Assembly (NCBI RefSeq): GCF_030028105.1
Contig: NC_092379.1
Coordinates: forward strand, 101,112,408-101,176,407
Origin: Mobula birostris
Lineage: Eukaryota
Direction: 5' to 3'
Length of the DNA stretch: 64,000 nt
In this document: one piece after another, positions 37,621-51,752 of the stretch
Numbering within the stretch: the first letter of the stretch is position 1
Layout of the letters: each line of letters starts with the position of its first letter
Translations under genes and position numbers: made by a program
The notes under the pieces: generated by a model
The model's database searches: none
What the model saw: only the letters and a program-made list of their open reading frames with translations
What the model was told of the DNA's origin: nothing

Positions 37621-40600
37621 CGGGTCATCAAGGGAATGGCGGCGTACAGAAAAGGTCTCTCGACAAAAAAAGAAGGTAAACTGCCCCAAAATCGAATTTA
37701 GACAAATACTTAAGATTGCATAACTATATTAATAAAAGGGGCAAGGATGATGTCTAAGAACAAGATTAAAAAGTCCGCTCCATAGGCTGATAAACATAAA
37801 GAGACGCAGCAAGGCGACGGGCCTAGCTCCCCCACGGCAAGCCAGGACGGAGATAATGAGGGGGAATCGGTGACTCTGTCTTTGATTCTCGTAGAGATTC
37901 GCGAGTTCCGACAAGATAACAGCAAACAGCTGGAAGATATTAAAGGAGAAATAGTAAAAACTAACTCGCGGATAGATGAAGCCGAAGCGAGGATCATTGG
38001 AATTGAAGAGAAGCTACAAAACGCCGAGGAAGTGATAGCAGAAATGCTGAAGCTGCAAGACCAGCTCCAGTGGAAACTAATAGATCAAGAAGGCCGCTCA
38101 AGATGGGAAAATGTGAGGATTTACAGAGTTCCCGAAGAAACCGAAGGTAAACCCGGATTGATGATTCCCTTCGTGGAGAAGCTGCTTAGAGAGAACCTTG
38201 ATATACCTGCCGCAAAAGACCTACAGATAGAAAGGGCTCACCACGCGTTGGCACCACAGCCTCCGGCAGGCGCCCAGCCCAGATTGATTCTGGTCAGATT
38301 TCTCAGTTACAGAATGAAGGAAGAGGTGCTTAAAAGGGCATGGCAAAATAAAGGTTTCATGTGGAGCAACTGTAAAATCAGTTTAGACCACGACTACACA
38401 CCAGGGATTCTTGCCAGACGGAAGGAATATACGGAAACACGGAGAGTCCTGAAGGAAAACAACATCAGATTCCAGACCCTGTATCCAGCTCGGCTGAGAG
38501 TCTTTTATGACGAAGGAACAAAAACGTACGCTACGGTGGAGGAGGCAACGTCGGACCTGGCGGACGGGGGACTACCTATTAAAGTTATCACCCAACCGGA
38601 GTCGCTACTGGAGAGGATTCGGCAGAAGTCGTGGTAGTTAGTGGGGCGAGGACGCTCCACTCGAACCAGAGTGTCAAACTACAAGGAAAAGCTGCAAATA
38701 TTCAGACGCGAATGTACAGAGAATACAGATTAATTAAGAGAAATGACTGGAAAGAGTAAATCGGACTTAAAGGTAAAATGAAAACTGGTAACTGAAAATA
38801 AACTAGGCAGAATAACTTGAATGATAGCAATATGGTCGAGACATAAATAGGAGAAAATTCTCTATGATTATTCAAACTGCTGAGGGCCCTCTAACAGGGT
38901 GAAGATAGAGGTTATCCCTCTGAACTGAGGCGGGTCGGTGCTCAGGCCTCACTGTGGGAAGTCGGGAAAAATTTTCAAATGTTACACGTTCAAAAACGTC
39001 TAGGGTGTGGTTATATGTCTTGGTTTACTGTTGAGAAGGGATTGCTTACTGTTTGGTTAGAAAAGGAGAGCGTTTTTTTTCTACTAGAGAAAAATGCAAA
39101 CTGAATTGGTAAAAATAATTTCCTATAATGTTAATGGGGTTTTGAATCCAATTAAAAGAAATAAGATTATGTCTAAATTGAAAAAAGAGAGGGCACAAAT
39201 AGCTTTCCTCCAGGATACACATATGAGCCAATCTGAACATGGAAAATTAAAAAGAATGGGCTTTAAGCATGTATTTTGTTCATCATATAAATTGAGTCAC
39301 AAAAGAGGGGTAGCTACTTTAATATCAAGTACTCTTAATTACGAACATATTTCAGAGACTAAAGACAAAGAAGGACGGTTTGTAAAAATCACAGGAAGAA
39401 TAGAAGGTACAGAATGTTGCTGAATGTTTATGCTCCTCCAGGTTGTGAATGGTCATTTTATAGACACATTTTTGACCTAATGGTCAGTTCTCAAGGGGTA
39501 GTAATTTGTGGAGGGGATTTTAATATTAGATTAAATCCTGTATTAGATTCTTCAAGAATAGTTACTCAGAATAAACCTCTGACTCGAAAAATGAATTCAT
39601 TGATGGAGGAGTTGGGAATTATAGATGTCTGGAGGGAATTACACCCTACTAGTAAAGATTATACACATTACTCTTTCCCTCATTCAGCCTATTCAAGGAT
39701 AGTATTTCTTTATCTTTAATACAGATAGACTCAGGATAAAAAACTGTAATATTGCAACAATTGATCTGTCGGATCATAGCCCAGTCTCTATGTCTCTAAT
39801 CCTGGAAAGGAAAATGAGGAAAACACTATGGAGGCTAAACTCACATATACTCAATAACCCGAAGGTAATAGAGAGATTAAGGGGAGAAATCAAAGAATAT
39901 CTAGATCTTAATGACACGGGAGAAACATCACCAGTGATCTTATGGGATACATTGAAAGCTGTACTGAGAGGGAAAATTATTTCCATTACCACTCACATGA
40001 AAAAAATCAATGCACAAAAATTAGCAGACCTTCAAGGAAAATTAAAACAACTTCAAGTTGTAGATAGCAACAAAAGTAATTCAAATCGAAAACAGGAAAT
40101 TAGGAAATTGCAAAATGAAATTGACGGTATTTATACGTTGGAAATTCAAAGAAATTTTCTTTACCTGAGACAAAAGAATTATGAAGTAGGAGGTAAATCA
40201 GCTAGATTATTAGCATATAAATTACGAAAACAACAAGCAGACAATACAATTCATAAAATAAAGAATCCAAAGACAAAGCTTGTGGAGAGTACAACAGGGA
40301 AAATTCAAGAGAGTTTTGAAACATATTATCGAGAGCTGTACTCCCAACCCCGGGCCCCCAATGAGCCCTATATAGACAGTGTATTGAATTTTTTAGATCT
40401 ACCTAAACTTACAGATTTACAAAATGAAAGTTTATTAGAACCAGTAACTGTCAAAGAACTGAATGTGGCCATCTCTAGGTTAAAGGCTGGAGAGTCCCCG
40501 GGTTCTGATGGGTTTACCTCAGAGTGGTACAAGTCCCTGAAGACACAGTTAGCCCCATTACTACTTAACACCTTTAATTGGATCTTGCAGAGAGGAGAAA

Positions 40601-43410
40601 CTCCACCTTCCTGGAGAGAAGCGATTATTTCAGTTATTCCTAAAGAGGGTAAAGATAAACTAGAATGTGGCAATTATCGGCCAATTAGTGTTCTTAATTT
40701 AGATTACAAACTATTTACATCTATATTAGCACGCAGATTGGAAAAACTTTTACCTGGCCTAATCCATTTAGACCAGACTGGATTTATTCAACAAGGACAA
40801 ACACAGGACAACATAAGGAGAACTCTGCACATATTAGAACAGGTTAATAAGAACGAGACAGAGACAATGGTAGTAGGATTGGACGCTGAGAAAGCTTTTG
40901 ATTCGGTTAGTTGGGCATTCCTATACAGAGTGTTAGGAAGATTCGGCTTTCAAGAAAAGTTTATTAAAGTAATTCAGACTCTATATGACAGCCCTACAGC
41001 CCGAATTAAGATAAATTGGGACCTCTCTGACTCCTTCATCTTAGAGAGAGGCACTAGACAGGGATGCCCAATTTCTCCTCTCCTTTTTGCGCTATATATT
41101 GAACCGCTTGCCCAACTAATAAGACAGAGCGAAATCGTAAAAGGTATCAAGGTGGCAGGGATTGAACAGAAAGTGGCGTTATTCGCAGATGATGTTTTGG
41201 TCTATCTGAGTGAACCAGAAAAATCATTTATAGGATTGTTTACACTGTTGGATGACTTTGGGAAAATATCAGGTTATAAAATAAATGTAAGGAAAACGCA
41301 GGTTATGTCCCTAAATTATACACCATCCAAAAAATTGCAGGATACATACGATCTTAAGTGGGAAGCTATATCATTAAAATATTTAGGAATAACCCTGCCG
41401 AAGGATCTTTCAACACTGTCACAGGTAAATTATGGGCCATTAATCTCAGAGATAAAAGCAGATATGCATAGCTGGAATCTTATCCCCTTTTTAAGTTTAA
41501 ATTCAAGGATAAGTACTATAAAAATGAATATTCTTCCTCGGTTATTGTATCTTTTCCGTACTTTACCAGTGGAGGTGGATGATAATCAATTCAGGGAATG
41601 GGACAAATGGATTTCCCGCTTCATTTGGCAAGGAAAGAAACCTAGAATTCGATATAACACCTTACAGTTAGGGAAGGAAGGAGGAGGTATGGTTCTTCCT
41701 TGCCTGAGAAATTATTTTTATGCCTCACAAATAACCCCTCTGTTATATTGGTGTAATAGGGAATATAAGGCTAGATGGAAGGAAATAGAATTTGGATTAG
41801 TTGACAGTTTTCCTCTACAGGCCTCAACAGCTGACAAAGGATTGATGGCCCAGTTGGAAAAATTTAAAAACAGTTGGATAAATCTTACATTAAAAGTATG
41901 GCAGAAGGTGGTTAATTCATGTGGAATTAATAACATGTTAAAACTCTTTAGATGGTGTGCATATGATACCAAATTCCTTCCCAACAGAGGAGATAAAAGA
42001 TTTGAGCTATGGATAAAGAAAGGTCTTACAACCTACCTCTCATTTATAGATAGAGTATTACAAAGTTTCCAAATCCTGCAGGACAAACATGGCCTAGAAC
42101 ACAATGACTTTTTTAGGTACCTTCAAGTACGAAACTATGTTAACCAGAGTTGTAGATATACAGACCTATCAACAGTAGAATTAGAATTTTTCAAGATTCT
42201 GAATTCGGCTTGCAGTTCAATACCTAGTAAATCAGTTTCTCGATTATATAGTGCACTCTCCCATGCTAAAAATGTAAATACACTGTATATTAAAGAGAAG
42301 TGGAAGAAAGAAGCGGGGTTGGTACTTTCAGAGGAGGCTTGGGGGAAAATCTGCAGCTTTCAATGGTCCTCGGCTAATTCTTTGACTTGGAGAGAACATT
42401 GTTGGAAAAACATTATAAGATACTTCAAGACCCCATATCAGGAAAAATATAAAGTTACAAACGTGACGTGTTGGAGAAGGTACGGCTCCAAGGAGGCAAA
42501 TCATTTTCATATTTTCTGGGATTGCCATAAATTAAGTCTATATTGGGAAGGTATTCATAGAACATTAGTTAAGGTACTTAGGTCCCAGATACCTCTGAAC
42601 TTTGAGACGCTCTATTTGGGGCATGTATTGTTTCTTGGACAGAAGGAAGATATAAAGTTGCTGCAGGCCCTCTTAGCGGCAAGTAAGAAATCAATCACTA
42701 GAAAGTGGCTAAATCCAATACCACCTACATTAGAAGATTGGCACGAAATTATCTTGGAAATATTTAAAATGGAAAAGTTGACTTACTCCCTGAGAATTCA
42801 AAAAGAAAAATTTTATCAAATCTGGAATAAATGGATTGAATATATAACCCCAATGCGAGCAGACTTTAGATGACTCTCCTAATGATTTATACTGCTCTTC
42901 TCATCAACACAGTAATATTGCTAACGTAAGCACCCCTAGTCTAAATGTCTTTTTTTTTTTTGTTTTCTTTTGGAAAATAGAGAATTAACACAAGTAAAGG
43001 GAAAGATTTGGGAAAGGGATAAAAAATGAAAAAATTAAGTAAATAAGTACATAGAGATTGGATAATTATGTCTGCGGGCAGGAGCAAGCATGAACAAATT
43101 AGGATATAAATAGGCTTACATACAACATTTTGGACCATGGAAATGGTCCAGAAGAGTTATATAGAAACTATTATTACCATTTTTCTTAACAACTAATACC
43201 ATTACTTAGCCTAATAGATTAGAATTACCACAGTACATAATTATCTATTTAGGGGTCTAATTTTCTTTTATATCATCTCAATGTGTACTTAAGAATGTAT
43301 AAATAATTATAGGTTTATACATATAAAAAATGGAAAAGGTTATATGTGTGAAAAAAGTACATGATATTTGTGAATTCCTTATCCAAATAAAAATAAAATT
43401 TAAAAAAAAA
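37621..43410 (+). mobile_element. Full-length L1 retrotransposon (about 5.8 kb) in RBM41 intron 2, antisense to the gene
   Basis: 18-bp TSD gagaatattcatccgtta (37603-37620, 43411-43428); poly(A); ORF1 from about 37747 to 38733 with premature stops; ORF2 39094-42873 (SYNVNG, GGDFN, SDH, RQGCPISP, FADD) with two frameshifts in the endonuclease domain. Confidence 0.96.
39790..42873 (+). pseudogene. L1 ORF2 reverse transcriptase portion (1027 aa open)
   Basis: YRPISVLNLDYK, LDAEKAFD, GTRQGCP, LFADD, KYLG; upstream endonuclease frameshifted near 39415 and 39705. Confidence 0.9.
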
Positions 43411-43504
43411 GAGAATATTCATCCGTTAAATGCATAAGTAAATTTTAGAAGTTAACTCAATTAATCTTCCCTACTGTATTTGCCCCTCAGTACTGTTTAT
43501 TAAC

Positions 43505-44360
43505 TACAGCTCCACTTTCAGTACCATAATTCCAACCAAGCTCATCTCCAAATTCCCAGACCTGGGATTCAACACCCCACTTTGCAACTGGATCCTTGAC
43601 TCCTTGACCAACAAATTATAATCAGTAAGAATAGTCAGCAACACCTCCACCATAATTATTCTCAATACTGGCACCCCACAAGGCTGTGTCCTCAGTCACC
43701 TCTCTACTCCCTGTACACTCACAACTGCATGGCCAGAATTCTGCTTTAACTCCATCTATAAGTTTGCACATGATACCATCATAGTGAGCCGTAACTCAAA
43801 TAATGACGAGTCAGAATACCGAAAGGAGGTAGAGAGCCTAGTGATTTGGTGTCATGATAACAGACTTTCCCTCTATGTCAGCAAAGCAGACAAGCTGGTC
43901 ATTGATTTCAGGAAGGGGGGCAGTGCACTTGCTTCCATTTTCATCAATGGTGCTGAAGCTGAGAGGGTTGAGTTTCAAGATCCCAGTAGTGATCATCAAC
44001 AGCCAATCCAGGTCCAACCAGTCAAGAAAGGTCACTGGCAACTCTTCTTCCTGAGGAGACTGAAGAAATTTGACAAATCCCTTTTGACCGTCACCAATTT
44101 TTATAGATATACCATAGAAAACATCCTCTCAACATGCATCACAGCTTGGTATGGCAACTACTCTGCCATGTCTGCAAGAAACTGCAATGAGTTGTGGACA
44201 CAACTCAGCACATTACAGGAACCAGCTTCTCCTCTACGGACTCTGTCTATACTTCCCTTTGCTTCACTAAAACAGCCAGCATAATCAAAGTTCCCATTCC
44301 AGATATTCTCTCTTCTTTACCCCTCACATCGGAGAGAAGGTAAAAAGCCTGCAAGTACAT
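43505..44360 (+). mobile_element. Rex1/L2-like LINE RT fragment
   Basis: [33 protein letters not shown]. Confidence 0.8.
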
Positions 44361-44899
44361 ATCCCCCAAACAACCGATAAATCAATTTACTAACTTAGGA
44401 AACCAAGCTTGAAATGTTTTTGGACAAGGGTAATTATACAGTGAGTTTTGTGTGTTAAAGTATTGGGATAATTCTTGTGTATAGTGAAGATTTAGATTTG
44501 GCTTGCAGGACGGAATTGTCAAGTGTGCAAAACACACAAAACTTGAAGGCATAATGATCAGACCAGGAGAGGAAAAAAGTTCAAGAAAATATACCCAGGC
44601 AGTGGGTTAGATGGATGATGAATGATAAAATACAGAAAAATGCAAAGTGGTATATTTTGATAGGAAGAATAGGATGAGTCAATAAAACTAGAAGGTGCAA
44701 TTACAGGAGGACAAGAACAGAGGGGTCTGGCATCACATGTTCATAATTAATTCAACCTGGTTTACAGATTGAGAAAGTGATTAAAAAAACTGTATAAGGT
44801 CCTAAATTTTATAAAGGGCGGCCTAGAGTACAAAAGCAATGAACTAATTATATAACTTTATAAAACAAATGGAATATTGTATTCAGTTCAGGGTGCTAT

Positions 44900-45095
44900 T
44901 TCTTGTGTGCCATCGAGTGATTGTCGACTCATGGTGACCCTATGGATAAAGTAGTTGTCCATAAGGTTTTTGAGGCAAGATATGGAAGTAGATTGCCAGG
45001 CCTTTCTTCTACCCGGGTTGGGACCTGGCTGAATTCAAACTCAGGACCATCTGCCTTGAAGTCCAGTGCTAATGCCACGACACCACCACTGGCCC
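44900..45095 (-). mobile_element. SINE remnant
   Basis: Minus-strand tRNA-like head GGTGGTGTCGTGG...GAGTTTGAATTC. Confidence 0.55.
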
Positions 45096-45117
45096 TTCCT
45101 ATATCTTAAGAAGGATA

Positions 45118-45912
45118 TTAAAGATTCAAAGTACATTTATTGTCCATGTATGTATGTAGTATACAACCCTGAGAGTGGCCTTCCCACAGACAGCCACAAA
45201 AAAAAACACCATGGAACCTGTTAAAAGAAAACATCAAACACCTAACGCACAAAGAAAAAGAACAAATTGTGCGAATAGCAAAAAACGAGCAAGTAACACA
45301 TAGAATATTAAACATCAACCACAGAGTCTTTGGAACAGTCTAGGAATATACAGTTTAGTTCATTTTAGCAATGTGTCTAACTGCAGGCCCGAGCCAGTCC
45401 ACTCCAATCAAAATTGCACAAAATCACAATAAAAAAATGGAATAACCAGAAACACATATGAACTGCAGAGTCACTAAAAATAATTCCAATCCACAAACTG
45501 CGCCGATTAAACATTGCCTAAGACCCCTGCACCCTCCTCCAGCGTGCGAGAGGGAGAGAAAGACTAGTCAAATACAGACAGATGGCGCTGAACACCTGCT
45601 CGCCTGGATTTCAATCTTGCTCGATGCGTTAATCGGCGAGTTGGTCGAGAATTGGAGCTGACCAGGGATTCGTGCTCCGCCATTAGGCCACACACTCTGT
45701 TATCAGTCATGCCGAATTCCCTCGCACACAGCAAAAGTGCCAGGTCACTCAGTCGGCCCAAAAACAGATTATCAAAATATAAATTACAGGCTCTAATTGC
45801 ACACAGATTAGCAGTAGAAATATATTTAAAAGAAGTAGAAGTAGTAGTAGTTTTGTGAACAGTCTGCAGAACATTGTCATTAGTCACAACAGTCGCTGGT
45901 GCCATCTTGCCC
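45118..45912 (-). mobile_element. Non-coding LINE-derived (non-autonomous) repeat
   Basis: Minus-strand start GGCAAGATGGCACC; 3' tail AATAAATGTACTTTGAATCTT; no RT ORF. Confidence 0.45.
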
Positions 45913-47943
45913 AATGCTTAAGGCTTTTGAACAAGTGCAGAAGCAATTTACCACAGGAATTCTGGTTATATGGCAAGACAGCAGAAAATGTTGTTTTTGT
46001 TTTCTATGGAGCAAGGTACATTGCAAGGAGATCTGATTGAGGAATTTTAAAATCAAAAAGCATTAAACACTGTCCACAGAAAATTGCCGATTGTGTAAGG
46101 AATAAAAATCAAGATATGTCTAATTAAGGTGTTTAGTAAAACAATCAAAATTAACTTGAACAAAAACATTTTTACACAAGAAGTGATTAAAAGTTGAATC
46201 ACACAGCTAGGGGTAATGTTGAAGGGACATTCTATTGTACCTTAAAGGAAGCTGGATAACTACCTTAAAGGAAATATTTGTCGGCAATGGGGAGTGTGAC
46301 ACGCAGATCGTCATGCAGACCCAAAAGGTCAAATCACATCCTTCCATGCTACAACCTTTCTTTGAATAGTGAGAGGAACTAAACCTGCTTTTAAATTAAG
46401 GATAAAATTAAATAATGCTCTTCCTCTAACATTTGTCTAAATATTGTTAGTTCATTATAAAGTATAATTTATCTTGATAAATTACACCTTATAAGAACTA
46501 GCACTATTTAGACAAATGTTTATCTTGATATTTATCTTTAAAAATACAATCATATTTTTCAATTATGTGAAGGCAACAATTACTTAATTTTTTTTAATCA
46601 ACTTATTTCACATCAATTAAACATTAAATTGTTAACAGTTTAAATGTTAAAAATATTCTGGACTCTCACTCAGAGAAAATTAACACACTAAAACTGTTCC
46701 ACTTACTGAGCATTTTTTATTTGGAATTTTTTATTCCAAGACCAGTGAAACAGGGCATGCCATTCTTCTACTTTTGCCATTTCAGCTGCAAGGCTGCTCT
46801 GTCAGTCTGTAAGCTGCAGGGTGCCTCAGCAGTTAGTGCTGATGACTCATGTAAAAACACTGGATTTGACCCTGATGTCAGGTGCAGTCAGTACAGAGTT
46901 TGTACTTTCTTCCAATGGCCACATGAGCTCCTCTTGCTGCTCCAATTTTCTCTCAAACACCAGCAGAAATTGCATGGCGAAAGGGTGAGGAGCACAGGGA
47001 CTAGGCCATCAATAATTCAACAAGGACTGAAGAAACTGGGGCCCCAGTGTGTGGATGAGGAGCACAGCTAACATCACATGAATCAGATGCCAAATCACCA
47101 AGATATCTGAATAGACAGTGGATTAGTGGAGTTTTACCATACAATATAAACATAGTTAAGCTCCTTTTTAAAAAAAAAGCATAATTGATTTGATTGGCAG
47201 CATCAGGCACATTGGAATAGGTTACTTTCACTAATGGATGATTTTGGCTTAGTTGATTGTCCAAGTTCTCACACCATTGAAGATTGACCCATGCTCCAGA
47301 TTCCTTAAGCATTTAGTATGAATTAGGACCACAGAGATGATCAATGGGAATCTCAGCACATTAACTTACTAAAAATATTGAAGTTATTTGATTGCCTAAT
47401 GCATACTGCTGCCACAAGTCTGTAGTGGATGCTGTCTCACTAGCTCTCCACTCTAATTTGGAGCACCTAGACAACCACAAGACATAGGTCATTTATCAAT
47501 TAGGAACAGCTTCTTCCCCTTTGCCATTAAATTTCTGAACAATACATAAAACGCATGAACACCGGCTAGTCATTCCTTTGCTTTTTGCACTATTTATTTT
47601 TGAAACTGAGATTTTTTATGTTTTTGCACTGTACTGCTGCCACAAAATGATACATTTCATGTCATATGTCAGTGATATTAAATCTGATTCAGAAATGTAA
47701 ATTACAGCTATGCAGAGTACACTAGGTCTTTATCTGTATTAAAGTTGTAGAAATAAATCATCTGTCAAATACTGGAGAAAAATATTTGCAATTAAGGCAA
47801 GACAAAGAGGTTGCAGAGATGAAAAAAGGAAATTGACATAGAAACAAAACAGAAATTATCCATCAACCTGCAATAAGTACCTTACAATAGAATCATTAGT
47901 CTATATTTTCTTCTGACGCAGACTCCAAATATACCATGTTTTA

Positions 47944-48191
47944 AGCAACACACATCAAAGTTGCTGGTGAATGCAGCAGGCCAGGCAGCATCCCTAGGAA
48001 GAGGTACAGCCGACATTTCGGGCCGAGACCCTTCGTCAGGACTAACTGAAAGGAGAGCTAGTAAGAGATTTGAAAGTGGGAGGGGGAGGGGGAGATCTTC
48101 CTAGAGATGCTGCCTGGCCTGCTGCGTTCACCAGCAACTTTGATGTGTGTTGCTTGAATTTCCAGCATCTGCAGAATTCCTCGTGTTTATG
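47944..48191. mobile_element. Palindromic Penelope-derived element with TSD and hammerhead
   Basis: TSD ccatgtttta (47934, 48192); about 60-bp inverted arms; minus-strand hammerhead motif at 48008-48043. Confidence 0.8.
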
Positions 48192-48305
48192 CCATGTTTT
48201 AGTTGTTTTTGAAAATGAAAGATTTAAAAAAAATTTAAACTATGTAAATATAGTTATAAAACATTTATATAGTTATAAAACTATATAAATGTTTAAAAGT
48301 ATATA

Positions 48306-49928
48306 CAGTGGAATGCAAAAGTTTGGGCACCCCGGTCAAAATTTCTGTTACTGTGAATAGCTATACGAGTAAAAGATGGCCTGATTTCCAAAAGGCATAA
48401 AGTTAAAGATGACACATTTCTTTAATATTTTAAGCAAGATTACTTTTTTATTTCCATCTTTTACAGTTTCAAAATAACAAAAAAAGAAAAGAGCCCGAAG
48501 CAAAAGTTTGGGCACCCTGCATGGTCAGTACTTAGTAACACCCCTGTTGGCAAGTATCACAGCTTGTTAACGGTTTTTTGTAGCCAGATAAGAGTCTTTC
48601 AATTCTTGTTTGGGGGATTTTCACCCATTCTTCCTTGCAAAAGGCCTCTAGTTCTGTGAGATTCTTGGGCCGTCTTCCATGCACTGCTCTTCTGAGGTCT
48701 ATCCACAGATTTTCAATGACATTTAGGTCAGCAGACTGTGAAGGCCATGGCAAAACCTTCATCTTGTACCTTTTGAGGTAGTCCATTGTGGATTTTGAGG
48801 TGTGTTTAGGATCATTACCCTGTTGCAGAAGCCATCCTCTTTCCATCTTCAGCTTTTTTACAGACGGTGTGATGTTTGCTTCCAAAATTTGCTGGTATTT
48901 AATTGAATTCATTCTTCCCTCTACCAGTGTAATGTTCCCTGTGCCACTGGCTGCAACACAAACCCAAAGCATGATCGATCCACCTCCATGCTTAATAGTT
49001 GGAGAGGTGTTCTTTTCATGAAATTCTGCACCCTTTTTTCTCCAAACATACTTTTGCTCATTGCGGCCAAAAAGTTCTATTTTAACTTCATCAGTCCACG
49101 GGATTTGTTTCCAAACTGCATCAGGCTTGTTTAGATGTTCCTTTGCAAACTTCTGATGCTGAATTTTGTGGTGAGGATGCAGGAAAGGTTTTCTTCAGAT
49201 GACTCTTTCATGAAGGTCATATTTGTGCAGGTGTCGCTGCACAGTAGAACACTGCACCACCACTCCAGAGTCTGCTAAATCTTCCTGAAGGTCTTTTGCA
49301 GTCAAACGGGGGTTTTGATTTGCCTTTCCAGCAATCCTACGAGCAGTTCTCTTGGAAAGTTGTCTTGGTCTTCCAGACCTCAACTTGACCTCCACCATTC
49401 CTGTTAACTGGCATTTCTTAATTACATTACGATCTGAAGAAACAGCTACCTGAAAACGTTTTGCTATCTTCTTATAGCCTTCTCCTGCTTTGTGGGCATC
49501 ATTTATTTTAATTTTCAGAGTGCTCAGCAACTGCTCAGAGGAGCCCATGGCTGCTGATTGTTGGGGCAAGGTTTGAGGAGTCAGGGTATTTATAAAGCTT
49601 TGAAATTTGCATCACCTGGCCTTTCCTAACGATGACTGTGAACAAGCTATAGCCCTAACAAGCTAATTAAGGTCTGAGACCTTGGTAAAAGTTATCTGAG
49701 CGCTCAACTCTCTTGGAGTGCCCAAACTTTTGCATGGTGCTCCTTTCCCTTTTTTCCACTCTAAAATTGTGGAAAACAAAAATAATACACTAATCTTGCT
49801 TAAAATGTTGAAAAGAATGTTTCTTCTTTAACTTTATGACTTTTGGAGATCAGGTCATCTTCTACTCACTTAACTATTCACAGTAACAGAAATTTTGTTT
49901 GGGGTGCCCAAACTTTTGCATGCCACTG
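48306..49928 (-). mobile_element. Full-length Tc1 transposon, second copy of the 6223 family
   Basis: TA flanks; same TIR/DR; transposase fragments 49195-49569 and 48532-48972 (WTDE intact; QQGNDPKH, i.e. D to G). Confidence 0.95.
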
Positions 49929-49988
49929 TATGTCACTTCATTATTCACGCAGAAATTGAAGCTGGTTTGTTAATGTTAATATACTTAC

Positions 49989-50108
49989 TCTTCAAGTGAT
50001 ACTGTTGTGTCTAGCTGGTGCTTCAGTAGATTTTGTAACTGCCTTTCTCCTTCTGTTTCCAGATCCTCTGGCTCAACATCCTCATCATAACACATACGAC
50101 TGCTAACC
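49989..50108 (-). CDS. RBM41: RBM41 exon 2 (R-VSSRMCYDEDVEPEDLETEGERQLQNLLKHQLDTTVSLEE)
   Basis: Translated by hand; LETEGERQL..LL.HQLDT.VS.EE is the RBM41 N-terminal motif; acceptor tatttag, donor GTAAGT; 120 nt, phase 2 to 2. Confidence 0.93.
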
Positions 50109-50299
50109 CTAAATAGCATTAAAAAAAAATGGCCATGTTACTCCTAGTAAACAAAGCCCAACTGAATAATTTTTCATTTAAGTTCTAAAGTGGATTATAA
50201 TTAAAACCCATGTATAAACTTGAACTGATTAAAATTCAACATAAGATATAACTGATTTTCTACATTTATATTACTTCTGAGATGCAAGGAAATCAGTTA

Positions 50300-51752
50300 T
50301 GGCCACAGTATCCTAGGGACTGTCAGAGACTGTTTGATGGGAGGAAGCAGAAGGTGATAGCCAAAGGTTGATTCTCCTACAGGAAGCTTGTGGCTAGTTG
50401 GGTGCCCAAGGGTCAGTATTGGGACCTCTGTCATTCATTATTTATGTAAATCATTTGGATATGAAGGTGAATGTACATGGCAGATTAACGTTTGTTGATT
50501 ATGCTAAATTAGGAAAGTCTTGTTGGTTGTGAAGCAGGTTGCAATGGATTGCAAAGAGACCTTGATCAGTTAGCGAGGCATAAGAATAGGCAAATGGACT
50601 TAAAATGTAAAGTGATGCATATAGGACAATCATACCAGGAGAGGACTTCATGTATTAGTATTATAACCAGCAACTTCAGCATTGTGCACAGTTTTAGTCA
50701 CTTTGTTATAGGACAGACATTGTCGAGTTGCAGAGGGTGCAGAAGAGATTTACAAAGTTCTTCAGTATTAAAGGGCCTGAGCTATAGGGAGAGGTCAGCC
50801 CTGCGAGAATTTTATTCTTTGGAGCACAGACGAATGAGGAGTGATGTACTAAAGAAACTAAAAACTAAAGAAATTTGGCCTGTCCCCAAAAACTCTCACT
50901 AATTTTTATAGATGCACCATAGAAAGCATTCTTCTAGGGTTCATTACAACCTGGTATGGAAGTTGTCCTGTCCAAACCTGGAAGAAGCTGCAGAAAATCG
51001 GGAACACGTACAGCGCAGCACATGACATAAATCAATCTTCCGTCCTTGGACTCACTTTACACCACACGCTGTCGGAGTAGTGCTGCAAGGATAATCAAGG
51101 ACACGATCCACCCAGCCAACACACTTTTCGTCCCTCTTCCCTCCGGGAGAAGGCTCAGGAGCTTGAAGACTCGTACGGCCAGATTTGGGAACAGCTTCTT
51201 TCCAACTGTGATAAGACTGCTGAACAGATCCTGACCCAAATCTGGTCTGGGCCGTACCCTCCAAATATCCAGACCTACCTCTCGTTTTTTTTGTACTACC
51301 TTACTTTCCATTTTTCTATTTTCTATTGATAATTTATAATTTAAATTTTTAATATTTACTATCGATTTGTAATCCAGGGAGCGGGAAGCGCAGAATCAAA
51401 TATCACTGTGATGATTGTACGTTCTAGTATCAATTGTTTGGCGACAATAAAGTATAAAGTATAAGTATAAACCAAAACTAGAGAGCACAGATACAAGAGC
51501 AGAGGCATTTAAAAGAGACCTGAAAGGTAACTTCTTTACATAGAGGGTGGTGAGTACCAGGATTGAACTGCCAGAGGAAATGTTCATGGCTGATACAACT
51601 GAAGGCATTTGGATAGTTGCATGGAGGGGTGCAGCTTTGAGGGTCATGGGCAAAGTGCGGGTAGCTGGAACTAGCAAGGAGGATGCTGTGATTGGCATGC
51701 ATCAGTTGGGCCAAAAGGCCTGTTTTCGTGCTACATACCTCTATGATTCTAC
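50300..51752 (+). mobile_element. Degenerate CR1 interrupted by a younger Rex1/L2-like 3' end (about 50875-51470)
   Basis: CR1 RT remnants flank an insert encoding RIIKDTIHPA...LPSGRRLRS with an (ataaagt)n tail. Confidence 0.7.

Noticed and set aside
46721-47071. 116-aa ORF or possible exon in RBM41 intron 2
   Set aside because: Resembles a decayed V-SINE-like repeat; no protein similarity recognised.
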